Shown here: piece by piece, positions 11,332 through 20,728 of the stretch | How the letters are laid out: every line of letters starts with the position of its first letter | Position numbering within the stretch: the stretch's first letter is position 1 | From: an uncultured Clostridia bacterium | GTDB lineage: Bacteria > Bacillota > Clostridia > TANB77 > CAG-508 | Assembly: GCA_944386195.1 (NCBI GenBank) | Contig: CALXAD010000004.1 | Span: 11,996 to 75,995 of the forward strand | Reading direction: 5' to 3' | Length of the DNA stretch: 64,000 nucleotides | Notes under the pieces: generated by a model | Database searches by the model: none | What the model was told of the DNA's origin: nothing | The model's input: only the letters and a program-made list of their open reading frames with translations | Position numbers and translations under genes: made by a program

Positions 11332-11964
11332 ATGATAAAAAAAGGGATTATTTTTGATTTAGACGGAACATTATGGGATACGACAGAAAGTACTTATAAT
11401 AGTGTAAATGAAATAGCCAAAAGGCATAATTTACCTAAAGTTACCAAAGAAACTATTTGCAATGTATTTGGATGTACTGCAAGAGAAGCAGCTTCTCAAT
11501 ATTTTCCAAGTATAGATATAGAAAAAGCATTACCTCTTATGGAAGAGATATCAGTAATAAAAAATAGAGACCTTAAGGAAAATGGTGCAATTGTTTATGA
11601 TAAAGTAGAAGAAACATTAATAAAACTAAAAAATGACTTTGAATTTTTTATAGTAAGTAATTCAAGACACAAAGGATATATTGAAGCTTTTTTAATCTCA
11701 TCAGGACTAGAAAAATATTTTAAAGCGTATTATTCAACAGGTGAATTAAATATGACAAAAGCAGATACAATTTTAAAAACAATAAAAGAATATCAATTAG
11801 ACAAATTTGTATATGTAGGAGATACTAAAAAAGACCTTGAAGCTACAAATATTTCCAAAGTTCCTTTTATACAAGCAAAATATGGGTTCGGTAAAGATTT
11901 AAACACTAAATATTATATAAATACTTTTGCAGAATTACCTCAAGTAGTAAAAGAGATTTTTTAA
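11332..11964 (+). CDS. HAD-superfamily hydrolase (phosphatase-like)
   Basis: Motif I FDLDGTLWDT, motif III/IV region VGDTKKD. Confidence 0.75.
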   Translation: MIKKGIIFDLDGTLWDTTESTYNSVNEIAKRHNLPKVTKETICNVFGCTAREAASQYFPSIDIEKALPLMEEISVIKNRDLKENGAIVYDKVEETLIKLKNDFEFFIVSNSRHKGYIEAFLISSGLEKYFKAYYSTGELNMTKADTILKTIKEYQLDKFVYVGDTKKDLEATNISKVPFIQAKYGFGKDLNTKYYINTFAELPQVVKEIF

Positions 11965-12021
11965 ATATAAAGGTATTAAGATTAAAAGAGAGTAAAGCTT
12001 TTAATGATTGGAGGATGTAAA

Positions 12022-12405
12022 ATGACAATATCAGAAGTAAGTAAAAAATATAATTTAACAGCAGATACAATTAGATATTATGAAAAAGAAGGATTAATAC
12101 CAAGAGTACCAAGAACCAAAAATGGAATTAGAGATTTTGATGAAAATACCTGTTCATGGATAGAATTTATAAAATGTATGAGAAATGCAGGACTAGAAAT
12201 AGAAACATTAAAACAATATGTAACATTATTTAAGCAAGGGAGAAAAACAATAAAAGAAAGAAAAATATTACTAGAAGAACAAAGAAATAAATTATTGGAA
12301 AAGCAAAAAAATATAAATGCTACATTAGACAGATTAAATTATAAAATAAAATGGTATGAAGAAATGGAACAAGGAAAAAGAAAAGACTTTATGGAAAAGC
12401 CATAA
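12022..12405 (+). CDS. MerR-family transcriptional regulator
   Basis: N-terminal wHTH ISEVSKKYNLTADTIRYYEKEGLI followed by a coiled coil. GGAGGA RBS before ATG 12022. Confidence 0.85.
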   Translation: MTISEVSKKYNLTADTIRYYEKEGLIPRVPRTKNGIRDFDENTCSWIEFIKCMRNAGLEIETLKQYVTLFKQGRKTIKERKILLEEQRNKLLEKQKNINATLDRLNYKIKWYEEMEQGKRKDFMEKP

Positions 12406-12419
12406 TTAAGGAGGAAAAT

Positions 12420-12905
12420 ATGAGTAATAAATTAGTAGTATATTTTTCTTATACAAATCATACAAAAATGATAGCAGAAGATATTAAGAAGAGTTTACAA
12501 TGTGATATTTTAGAATTAAAACCAGTAAAACCATATTCTAATGATTATGATAAAGTTGTAGATGAAGAACAAAATAATGAAAGTAGTAAGAAAACTCGAG
12601 AAATTGAGAAAATAGATGTAGATTTAAGTAATTATAGTGAAATTATTTTAGGAACACCAGTATGGTGGTATACAATTGCACCTGTAGTTAGAACATTTTT
12701 AAAAGAAAACGATTTATCAGGTAAAAGAATAATTCCTTTTGCTACAAATGCAGGTTGGCTTGGAAGAACATTTAAAGAAATAGAAGAATTATGCCCTAAT
12801 TCAGTAATAGAAAAAGAAATGAATATTGTCTTTACACAAGATTATAAAGAAAACCAATTAGTAACATCGCCAGATGAAATTGATAAATGGGTAAAAGAAT
12901 TATAG
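12420..12905 (+). CDS. Flavodoxin-like protein
   Basis: KLVVYFSYTNHTK N-terminus; GTPVWWYTIAPVVRTF is typical of short flavodoxin-family proteins. Confidence 0.7.
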   Translation: MSNKLVVYFSYTNHTKMIAEDIKKSLQCDILELKPVKPYSNDYDKVVDEEQNNESSKKTREIEKIDVDLSNYSEIILGTPVWWYTIAPVVRTFLKENDLSGKRIIPFATNAGWLGRTFKEIEELCPNSVIEKEMNIVFTQDYKENQLVTSPDEIDKWVKEL

Positions 12906-12920
12906 TAGGAGGATAAATAA

Positions 12921-14039
12921 ATGCCATATTTAGGAGAAAAAATTAAAAAATTAGGATTTGGACTAATGAGATTACCACAAAAGGATGGAAAAATAGACAT
13001 AGAACAAACCAAAACAATGGTTGATAAGTTCTTAGAAGCAGGATTTACATATTTTGATACAGCATGGGCATATGCAGGAAGTGAAGATGCAATAAGACAA
13101 GCATTAGTAGAAAGATATCCAAGAGAAAAGTTTCAACTAGCTACAAAAAACGCAGCATGGATAAATTGTAAAACGAGAGAAGATGCAATAGCACAATTTG
13201 AAACATCTTTAAAGCAAACAGGAGCAGGATATTTTGATTTTTATTTATTACATAATTTAGGAGAACACAGAACAAAAGTATTTGATGATTTTGATATGTG
13301 GAATTGGATACAAGAAAAGAAAAAAGAAGGAAAAATAAAACATATAGGATTTTCATTTCATTCAACACCAGAAGAATTAGATGAAATATTAAATAAACAT
13401 CCAGAGATGGAATTTGTACAACTTCAAATAAATTATGCGGATTGGGAAAATCCAGCAATAAAATCAAGAGAATGTTATGAGGTTGCAAGAAAACATGGAA
13501 AACCAGTAATAATTATGGAGCCAGTAAAAGGTGGTATGCTTGCAAATCCACCAAAAGAAGTACAAGAAGTATTTAAAAAGGCAAATCCAAATGCATCTGT
13601 TGCATCATGGGCAATAAAATTTGCTGCAAGTTTAGATGGTGTTATTACAGTACTTTCTGGAATGAGTAATATAGAACAAATGGAAGATAATATATCTTAT
13701 ATGAAGGATTTTACAAAACTTTCAGATGAAGAAGAAAAAACAATAAAAAAAGCACAAGAAATAATGAATAGTATACCAATAATACCATGTACAACTTGTA
13801 ATTATTGTGCAAAGGTATGTCCAATGCATATAGGAATTTCTGGTTCATTTACAGCAATGAATTATTTAACATTATATAATGATATGGGAGCTGCAAAACA
13901 CCAAGAAGATTGGCTAGTTAGTGGTCATGGATTAAAGAAAGCCTCAGAATGTGTTAAATGTGGAAAATGTGAAGAAGTTTGTCCACAACATATAAAAATA
14001 AGAGACGAATTAGAAAAAGTTGCAGAAAAGTTGGGATAA
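12921..14039 (+). CDS. Aldo/keto reductase with C-terminal ferredoxin-like 2x[4Fe-4S] Cys clusters
   Basis: AKR N-terminus LGFGLMRLP...FDTAWAY. C-terminal CTTCNYCAKVCP and CVKCGKCEEVCP. Confidence 0.85.
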   Translation: MPYLGEKIKKLGFGLMRLPQKDGKIDIEQTKTMVDKFLEAGFTYFDTAWAYAGSEDAIRQALVERYPREKFQLATKNAAWINCKTREDAIAQFETSLKQTGAGYFDFYLLHNLGEHRTKVFDDFDMWNWIQEKKKEGKIKHIGFSFHSTPEELDEILNKHPEMEFVQLQINYADWENPAIKSRECYEVARKHGKPVIIMEPVKGGMLANPPKEVQEVFKKANPNASVASWAIKFAASLDGVITVLSGMSNIEQMEDNISYMKDFTKLSDEEEKTIKKAQEIMNSIPIIPCTTCNYCAKVCPMHIGISGSFTAMNYLTLYNDMGAAKHQEDWLVSGHGLKKASECVKCGKCEEVCPQHIKIRDELEKVAEKLG

Positions 14040-14096
14040 TTTATATAAGAAACAAAGTTTAAAAATATTCATAACATATAAAAGGAGGAATTTATT

Positions 14097-14627
14097 ATGT
14101 GTTGTGAATATAATTTTTTTAATATAATAAAAATAATAACAATATTTGTTATTTTACTTCTTATAATTGCTTTAGTAGTTGTTGTTATTTATCAAACAAA
14201 TCGAAATATGCCAAATATATTGGTAGCTACTGCCCAAAATGGAGATAATGAAACTCAAGGAACAACTACAATTAGATTTAGTAGAAATAATATAGTGGAA
14301 GGAAATGCATTAAGTCATGAAGAAGGTAGTGATGAAATTAATATAAATGAAAACGGAATATATCAAATTTCTTATCAATTATATGGAGTACAAGATGTAA
14401 CAGGAACATTTAATTTTAATGCAATTCTTTTAGTGAATAATCAAGCATTACAAGATACATTTAATGAGTCTCCTGTAATAAGAAATAGTACTAGTAATAG
14501 AATGACACTTACAAGTACAGTAATTTTAAGATTACAAGCAGGAGATATTCTTAAATTAAGTGGAGTATCAATAGAAAATATAATTTATCAAAATGCTCGT
14601 ATAGATATAGAAAAAATAGGTAATTAG
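14097..14627 (+). CDS. Single-pass membrane protein with C-terminal C1q/TNF-like (BclA-C-terminal-like) jelly-roll domain
   Basis: N-terminal TM helix. C-terminal pattern NGIYQISYQL...FNAILLVNN...RMTLTSTVILRLQAGDILKL resembles C1q/TNF-fold strands. Paralogue at 25761..26293. Confidence 0.5.
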   Translation: MCCEYNFFNIIKIITIFVILLLIIALVVVVIYQTNRNMPNILVATAQNGDNETQGTTTIRFSRNNIVEGNALSHEEGSDEININENGIYQISYQLYGVQDVTGTFNFNAILLVNNQALQDTFNESPVIRNSTSNRMTLTSTVILRLQAGDILKLSGVSIENIIYQNARIDIEKIGN

Positions 14628-14631
14628 TAAA

Positions 14632-14658
14632 AATAAGGAAGATTCTTCCTTATTTTTA
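14632..14658 (+). terminator. Rho-independent terminator
   Basis: AATAAGGAAG att CTTCCTTATT followed by a T run. Confidence 0.8.
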
Positions 14659-14729
14659 ATTTACTTAATTTAACTATAAAAATATAATTGTTATTTATAA
14701 AAAAATAATATATAATTTTATAGAAAGTA

Positions 14730-14760
14730 TTGACTTAAAGTAAACTCTAAGTGATATAAA
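14730..14760 (+). promoter_or_regulatory. MerR-type promoter (-35 TTGACT, 19-bp spacer with dyad, -10 TATAAA)
   Basis: TTGACT-taaagtaaactctaagtga-TATAAA. The dyad ACTTAaAG..CTcTAAGT is near-identical to the site at 10502. Confidence 0.6.
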
Positions 14761-14802
14761 ATAAATATCATGAAATTTGTGTAAAAGAAAGGAATGGTTT
14801 TT

Positions 14803-15684
14803 ATGGAAAAATCAAAGTTTTATTTTACAAAGGAGATAACTAAAGAAAGTTTAATTAAAATTTATGAAGCATTAGGAAAAGATTTAAAAGGAAAAGTAGC
14901 TGTAAAATTATCATCAGGAGAAGCATGAGGTCATTATTTCTTAGACCCAAATTTAATAAAAGATTTAGTTCATAAAGTAAATGGTACTATTGTAGAATGC
15001 AATACTGCATATGAAGGAAAAAGAAATACAACCAAAGAACATTGGGAAACAATTAAGGACCATGGATTTTTAGACATTGCAAAAGTAGATATTATGGATG
15101 AAGAAGAAGATATGGCAATACCAGTAAAGAATGGATTCCATTTAAAAGAAGATTATGTAGGTGAACATTTAAAGAATTATGACTCAATTTTAGTACTTTC
15201 ACATTTTAAAGGACATGCAATGGCAGGATTTGGAGGGGCTCTTAAAAATATTTCAATTGGAATAGGTTCATCTAGGGGAAAGACATGGATACATACAGCA
15301 GGTAAAAATCAAAATCCAAATGAATTATTTGGAAATCTTCCAGAACAAGATGATTTCTTAGAGTCAATGGCAGATGCATGTGATGCCGTTATAAATTATA
15401 TAGGAAAAGAAAATATGTTATATATAAATGTTGCAAATAATTTATCAGTTGATTGTGATTGTGATTCAAACCCACATAAACCAGAAATGGCAGATTTAGG
15501 AATATTTGCATCAACAGACCCAGTAGCATTAGACCAAGCTTGTTATGATGCTGTAGTAAATGCAAAAGACGAAGGAAAGAAAGCATTAATAGAAAGAATG
15601 GATTCAAGACATGGAATTCATACAGTAGAAGCAGCAAATAAACTAGGACTTGGAAGTAGAGAATATGAAATAGTAAATATTTAA
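14803..15684 (+). CDS. DUF362-family protein, interrupted by one in-frame TGA (14926-14928)
   Basis: ATG 14803 and track ORF 15094..15684 share one frame. Continuous family-like sequence MEKSKFYFTKEI...KLSSGEA*GHYFLDP...ECNTAYEGKR...SHFKGHAMAGFGGALKN...DCDCD. Confidence 0.7.
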
Positions 15685-15698
15685 AGGAGGTAATTAAT

Positions 15699-16829
15699 AT
15701 GGCAAGAGGAAAATTAGGCTTTGGTTTAATGAGATTACCACAAAAAAGTGATAATCCTACAGATATTGATATAGATACTTTAAAGAAAATGGTAGATTTA
15801 TTTATAGAAAGAGGATTTACATATTTTGATACAAGTTATGTTTATCATAATGGTGAAAGTGAAAGAGCAATAAATAAAGCTTTAGTGCAAAGACATGATA
15901 GAAATACATATACATTAGCATCTAAATTACCAGCTTTTTCAATAACAGAAGAAGAACAAGTTGAAAAAACATTTAATGAGCAACTATCAAAATGTGGAGT
16001 AGAATATTTTGATTATTATTTATTACACAATTTAAATAGAAGTCTTTATGATACTTATGTAAAATCATGTAAAATGTTTGAACATATGAAAAAATGGAAA
16101 GAAGAAGGAAAAATAAAACATTTAGGATTTTCATTCCATGATTCAGCTGATGTTTTAGATAAAATATTAACAGAACATCCTGAAACAGATTTTGTACAAA
16201 TTGTTGTAAATTATTATGATTGGGAAGAAGGATTTATTCAATCTAAAAAATGTTATGAAACAATTAGAAAACATGGAAAAGAAGTAGTTATTATGGAGCC
16301 TGTAAAAGGAGGAACACTTGCAAAAGTTCCAGATGCTGTTTTAACTAAAATGAAGGAATTAAATAAAAATTTAACACCAGCAGCATATGCAATAAGATTT
16401 TCAGCAAGTTTGGATGGAGTTATAGCAGTATTAAGTGGAATGTCAACCTTAGAACAAGTAGAAGATAATACATCTTATATGCAAGATTTTAAACCTATAA
16501 CAGAAGAAGAAAAAGAATTACTTAAATTTGCAAAAACAGAGTATGAAAAAGAATGGAAATTTAGATGTTCTGATTGGGAAAAATTAGATAGTAATACACC
16601 TAATAAAGTACCAGTATCTAATATAATTAGAGCATATAATAGTTTAATGATACAACCAGACCCATATTTTGGAGCAGAATTAAATTATTATAAAACATTT
16701 AAATTAGGATATAAAACAGGAATTGAAAATGAAGATTATTCAGAATGTACAAAAGCTTTAAATGGAGAGTTAGATGTAAATCAAGCTGTAAAAGAATCAG
16801 TAGAATTTTTTAACAAAAATGGATTTTAA
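15699..16829 (+). CDS. Aldo/keto reductase (no Fe-S tail)
   Basis: LGFGLMRLP...FDTSYVY; paralogue of 12921..14039 across the AKR barrel. Confidence 0.8.
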   Translation: MARGKLGFGLMRLPQKSDNPTDIDIDTLKKMVDLFIERGFTYFDTSYVYHNGESERAINKALVQRHDRNTYTLASKLPAFSITEEEQVEKTFNEQLSKCGVEYFDYYLLHNLNRSLYDTYVKSCKMFEHMKKWKEEGKIKHLGFSFHDSADVLDKILTEHPETDFVQIVVNYYDWEEGFIQSKKCYETIRKHGKEVVIMEPVKGGTLAKVPDAVLTKMKELNKNLTPAAYAIRFSASLDGVIAVLSGMSTLEQVEDNTSYMQDFKPITEEEKELLKFAKTEYEKEWKFRCSDWEKLDSNTPNKVPVSNIIRAYNSLMIQPDPYFGAELNYYKTFKLGYKTGIENEDYSECTKALNGELDVNQAVKESVEFFNKNGF

Positions 16830-16847
16830 TAAAAGGAGAGTAAGTTT

Positions 16848-18047
16848 ATGAAAACGCTATATTTTGACTGCTCTAGTGGAATTAGTGGAAATATGACACT
16901 AGGAGCTTTACTAGAAATTATTGGAGATGAAAATTATTTATTAGAAGAATTAAAAAAATTAAATGTTGATGGATATAAAATAGAAATATTTAAACAAGTA
17001 AAAAATGGGATTACAGGAACATATGTTGATGTTATATTAGATGAAGACCATACACACGAACATGAACATGAGCATCATCATGACCATGAACATCATCATC
17101 ATGAACATAGGAATTTAAATGATGTGTATTCTGTAATTGATAATAGTTCATTAGATGAAAAAACGAAAGATTTAGCTAAAAGAATTTTCTTAAGAGTAGC
17201 AAAGGCAGAGTCTAAAGTTCACAATAAACCATTAGAAGAAGTACATTTTCATGAAGTAGGAGCAATAGATTCAATTGTAGACATTGTAGGTACAGCAATA
17301 TTAATAAATAAGATAAATCCTGATAGAATAATTTCTAGTGTTGTAAATGACGGATATGGATTTATAGAGTGTGCGCATGGTACTATGGCAGTACCAGTAC
17401 CTGCAACAAGTGAAATATTTGCAGCTTCAAATGTTAAGTTTAGACAAATAGATATAGATACAGAACTTGTTACTCCAACTGGAGCAGCAATTATAGCTGA
17501 ACTTGCAGAAGAATTTACAACTTTACCTGCAATGGTAACTGAAAAAATAGGTTGGGGTACAGGTACAAAAAATTTAAAGATACCAAATGTATTAAAAGTA
17601 TATTATGGAGAAATACAAGAACAAAATGAAAATTTTGTAGTAATGGAAACAAATGTAGATGATTGTTCAGGAGAAGTGTTAGGTTATACATCTGAAAAAT
17701 TATTTGAAAATGGAGCTTTAGATGTGTTTTTTACACCTATATTTATGAAGAAAAATAGACCAGCATATAGATTAACAGTTGCATGTAAAAAAGAAGATAT
17801 GTTTAAACTTCAAAATATAATTTTTAAAGAAACAACAACAATAGGAATTAGATATCGTTTTGAAGCGAGAACAGAATTAGGAAGAGAATTCGTAGAGGTT
17901 GATACAAAATACGGAAAAATAAAAGCAAAAAAAGTAACAAATGATGGAGAAACATATGTATATCCTGAATATGAGAGTATGAAAAAAGTAGCAAAAGAGA
18001 ATAATATACCTTTAAAAGAATTATACAAATTAGAGGAGCTAAAATAA
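16848..18047 (+). CDS. larC: Nickel-pincer cofactor biosynthesis protein LarC (nickel insertase)
   Basis: MKTLYFDCSSGISGNM N-terminus, His-rich tract HTHEHEHEHHHDHEHHHHEH, about 400 aa. Followed by larB and larE. Confidence 0.85.
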   Translation: MKTLYFDCSSGISGNMTLGALLEIIGDENYLLEELKKLNVDGYKIEIFKQVKNGITGTYVDVILDEDHTHEHEHEHHHDHEHHHHEHRNLNDVYSVIDNSSLDEKTKDLAKRIFLRVAKAESKVHNKPLEEVHFHEVGAIDSIVDIVGTAILINKINPDRIISSVVNDGYGFIECAHGTMAVPVPATSEIFAASNVKFRQIDIDTELVTPTGAAIIAELAEEFTTLPAMVTEKIGWGTGTKNLKIPNVLKVYYGEIQEQNENFVVMETNVDDCSGEVLGYTSEKLFENGALDVFFTPIFMKKNRPAYRLTVACKKEDMFKLQNIIFKETTTIGIRYRFEARTELGREFVEVDTKYGKIKAKKVTNDGETYVYPEYESMKKVAKENNIPLKELYKLEELK

Positions 18048-18793
18048 TGGAGATTAAAGAAATATTAGAACTTTTGAAAGATAATAAATTATCTGTAGAA
18101 GAAGCGGAAAAAGAAATAAAAAATAATCAATATGAAGATTTAGGATATGCAAAAATAGACCATAACAGAAAAGAAAGGTCTGGAGCAAGTGAGGTTGTTT
18201 TTTGCCAAGGAAAACCAGACGAGTATTTATCTAAAATTTATAGTACTATTTATAAAGAAGATGGAGAAGTGCTAGGAACAAGAGCAACTAAAGAACAATA
18301 TGAATTAGTAAAAAAAGATATACCAAATGTAGAATATGATGATATATCAAGAATTTTAAAAATAGAGAAGAAAAAGGAAAAAAAAGGTTATATTGCAATT
18401 TGTACAGGAGGAACTGCAGATGTACCAGTTGCAGAAGAGGCAGCTAAAACAGCAGAATTTATGGGAAGTTATGTAGAGAGAGTATATGATGTAGGAGTTG
18501 CGGGACTTCATAGGTTATTAGCAAATAGAGAAAAAATAGAAAAAGCAAATTGCATAATAGTAGTTGCAGGTATGGAAGGAGCTTTGGCATCTGTAGTCGC
18601 AGGACTAGCTAAAGTTCCAGTAATTGCAGTACCAACTTCAATAGGATATGGAGCAAACTTTGGAGGAGTATCAGCACTACTTAGTATGTTGAATTCATGT
18701 GCAAACGGAATAGCGACAGTAAACATAGACAATGGATTTGGAGCTGGTTACATAGCCAACCAAATTAACTTAGCCGTAAGCGAACGAAAGTGA
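18047..18793 (+). CDS. larB: Nickel-pincer cofactor biosynthesis protein LarB (NaAD carboxylase/hydrolase, PurE-like)
   Basis: PurE-like core GGTADVPVAEEA...AGMEGALASVVAG. Overlapping start with the larC stop (ATAATGG). Ends at TGA 18791-18793. Confidence 0.85.
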   Translation: MEIKEILELLKDNKLSVEEAEKEIKNNQYEDLGYAKIDHNRKERSGASEVVFCQGKPDEYLSKIYSTIYKEDGEVLGTRATKEQYELVKKDIPNVEYDDISRILKIEKKKEKKGYIAICTGGTADVPVAEEAAKTAEFMGSYVERVYDVGVAGLHRLLANREKIEKANCIIVVAGMEGALASVVAGLAKVPVIAVPTSIGYGANFGGVSALLSMLNSCANGIATVNIDNGFGAGYIANQINLAVSERK

Positions 18794-18877
18794 GCTGTAC
18801 GGATAAGTTATGCAACCGAATGAAATGAGGTTGTAAACAATAAAACAAGCCGTAAGCGAACGAAAGTGAGCTATACG
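18772..18877 (+). repeat. Two copies of a 25-bp GC-rich hairpin-forming repeat, 76 bp apart, spanning the larB end and the larB-larE spacer
   Basis: AGCCGTAAGCGAACGAAAGTGAGCT at 18772-18796 and 18848-18872. Each can fold as CCGTAAGC...GCTnTACG. Confidence 0.8.
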
Positions 18878-18916
18878 TTATGTAATGAAACAAAAATAAC
18901 AAAAAGGAAGAGGCAT

Positions 18917-19693
18917 ATGTTAAATAAATTAGAAGAAAGATTAAAAGAGTTAGGAAAAGTTGCAGTAAGCTTTTCAGGAGGAATAGATTCAAGTTTCTTA
19001 TTATATGTAGCAAACAAAGTATTAGGAAGTAAAAACGTATTAGCGATTATAGCAAATGGAGTAATGGTTCCAAGAAAAGACTATAAAGAAGCAATAGAAT
19101 TTTTAAAAGAAAATAATTTTAAATATAAAGAAATAGAATTTAAGCCATTAGAAATAAAAGAATTTAAGGAAAATAGTAAAGAAAGATGTTATTTCTGTAA
19201 GAAGAATCTAATGACTAAAATAAAAGAAGAAGCAATAAAAAATGGATTTGAAAATGTATTAGATGGAAAAAATCAAGATGACCTAAAAGTATATAGACCA
19301 GGAAATAAAGTTCAAGAAGAATTAGGGATAATTAGTCCATTAGCAGAAACAGGATTTTCAAAAAAAGAAATAAGAAATGAAAGCAAAAAATTAGGACTTA
19401 AAATTTGGAATAAACCATATAATTCATGTTTAGCAACTAGATTTCCATATAATACAATTTTGAATGAAGAAAGTTTAAGAAAAGTTGATTTAAGTGAAGA
19501 ATTATTAAAAGAGCTAGGAATCAAAAAATCAAGAGTAAGAGTTCATGGTGATATTGCAAGAATAGAAGTAGAAAAAGAAGACTTTAAAATTATTTTAAAA
19601 AACTTAGATATAGTAGAAAAAATAAAAGAAATAGGATTTAAATATATAACTTTAGACTTAGAAGGTTTAAAAAGTGGGAGTTTTGATAAATAA
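18917..19693 (+). CDS. larE: ATP-dependent sacrificial sulfur transferase LarE
   Basis: PP-loop SFSGGIDSS. Conserved Cys context NSCLATRFPY. RBS AAAAAGGAAGAGG before ATG 18917. Confidence 0.85.
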   Translation: MLNKLEERLKELGKVAVSFSGGIDSSFLLYVANKVLGSKNVLAIIANGVMVPRKDYKEAIEFLKENNFKYKEIEFKPLEIKEFKENSKERCYFCKKNLMTKIKEEAIKNGFENVLDGKNQDDLKVYRPGNKVQEELGIISPLAETGFSKKEIRNESKKLGLKIWNKPYNSCLATRFPYNTILNEESLRKVDLSEELLKELGIKKSRVRVHGDIARIEVEKEDFKIILKNLDIVEKIKEIGFKYITLDLEGLKSGSFDK

Positions 19694-19708
19694 AAAAGAA
19701 TAGGAGGA

Positions 19709-20728
19709 ATGAAGATGCATATGGCAGATGCAATGCTAAGTCCGGCAGTTGGAGCTACAATGTATGTAGCAAGTGGCTTAGTTGCAGCATATTCAATAAA
19801 TAAAATAAGAAAAGAAGAAGACTTTAAAAAGAAAATACCAACAATGGGAATAATGGGAGCATTTGTATTTGCAACACAAATGGTAAATTTTACAATACCA
19901 GGAACAGGTTCATCAGGACATTTATGTGGTGGTTTATTATTATCATCAATATTAGGTCCTTTTGGAGGATTCTTAAGTATGATAGGAGTTTTACTAATAC
20001 AATGCTTATTTTTTGCAGATGGTGGACTTTTAGCACTTGGTGCAAATATATGGAATATGGCGTTTTATGGATGCTTTATAGGTTCGCTAATATGGAAATT
20101 TATAATGAAAAATGGTATGAGTAAAACAAAAATAATATTAGCTTCAATGCTAGGCTCAGTTTTAACATTGCAATTAGGAGCATTTTCTGTAACATTAGAA
20201 ACATTAGCTTCTGGAGTTACACAATTACCATTTGGAGCATTTGTTTTAGCAATGCAACCAATTCATTTAGCAATAGGATTAGTAGAGGGATTAATTACCT
20301 CAGCAGTGCTTTGCTTTATATATGAGGCAAGACCAGAAATATTATGGAATGGAAACAACAAGATAGAAAAAGAAGCAAGATTTTCATATAAGAAAACAAT
20401 AGCAATTTTGTCTTGTTTAGTAGTTATAATAGCAGGTGGATTTTCACTACTTGCATCTTCAAATCCTGATGGATTAGAATGGTCAATAGAAAAACTTACA
20501 GGTAATACAGAAATAGAAAGCAAAGAAAATAATGTATACCAAACAGCACAAAGTATACAAGATACAACAACAATTTTACCGGATTATAGTTTTGAAAATA
20601 GTGATAATTCTTTGGGAACATCAGTTTCTGGAATAGTAGGTTGTATAATTACAGTAGTTTTTCTATTAATAGTAGGATATATAATTAAATTAAAAAGAAA
20701 AAAAGGTAGTTACTTAGAAAATGAATAA
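19709..20728 (+). CDS. cbiM: Ni/Co ECF-type transporter substrate-capture component CbiM/NikM with CbiN-like C-terminal extension
   Basis: N-terminus MKMHMADAMLSP, multiple TM helices. Extra C-terminal soluble segment plus a TM helix. AGGAGG RBS. Confidence 0.8.
   Translation: MKMHMADAMLSPAVGATMYVASGLVAAYSINKIRKEEDFKKKIPTMGIMGAFVFATQMVNFTIPGTGSSGHLCGGLLLSSILGPFGGFLSMIGVLLIQCLFFADGGLLALGANIWNMAFYGCFIGSLIWKFIMKNGMSKTKIILASMLGSVLTLQLGAFSVTLETLASGVTQLPFGAFVLAMQPIHLAIGLVEGLITSAVLCFIYEARPEILWNGNNKIEKEARFSYKKTIAILSCLVVIIAGGFSLLASSNPDGLEWSIEKLTGNTEIESKENNVYQTAQSIQDTTTILPDYSFENSDNSLGTSVSGIVGCIITVVFLLIVGYIIKLKRKKGSYLENE

Noticed and set aside
17061-17105. His/Glu-rich low-complexity tract as an anomaly
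   Set aside because: A His-rich linker is a normal feature of LarC nickel insertases.
18772-18872. Mini CRISPR array
   Set aside because: Only two repeat copies, no cas genes, and one copy overlaps the larB coding end.
18047-19693. LarB-LarE fusion protein (the two genes share a frame with only TGA codons between them)
   Set aside because: larE has its own RBS and ATG at 18917. The spacer is occupied by a non-protein-like GC-rich repeat whose two copies are read in different frames.
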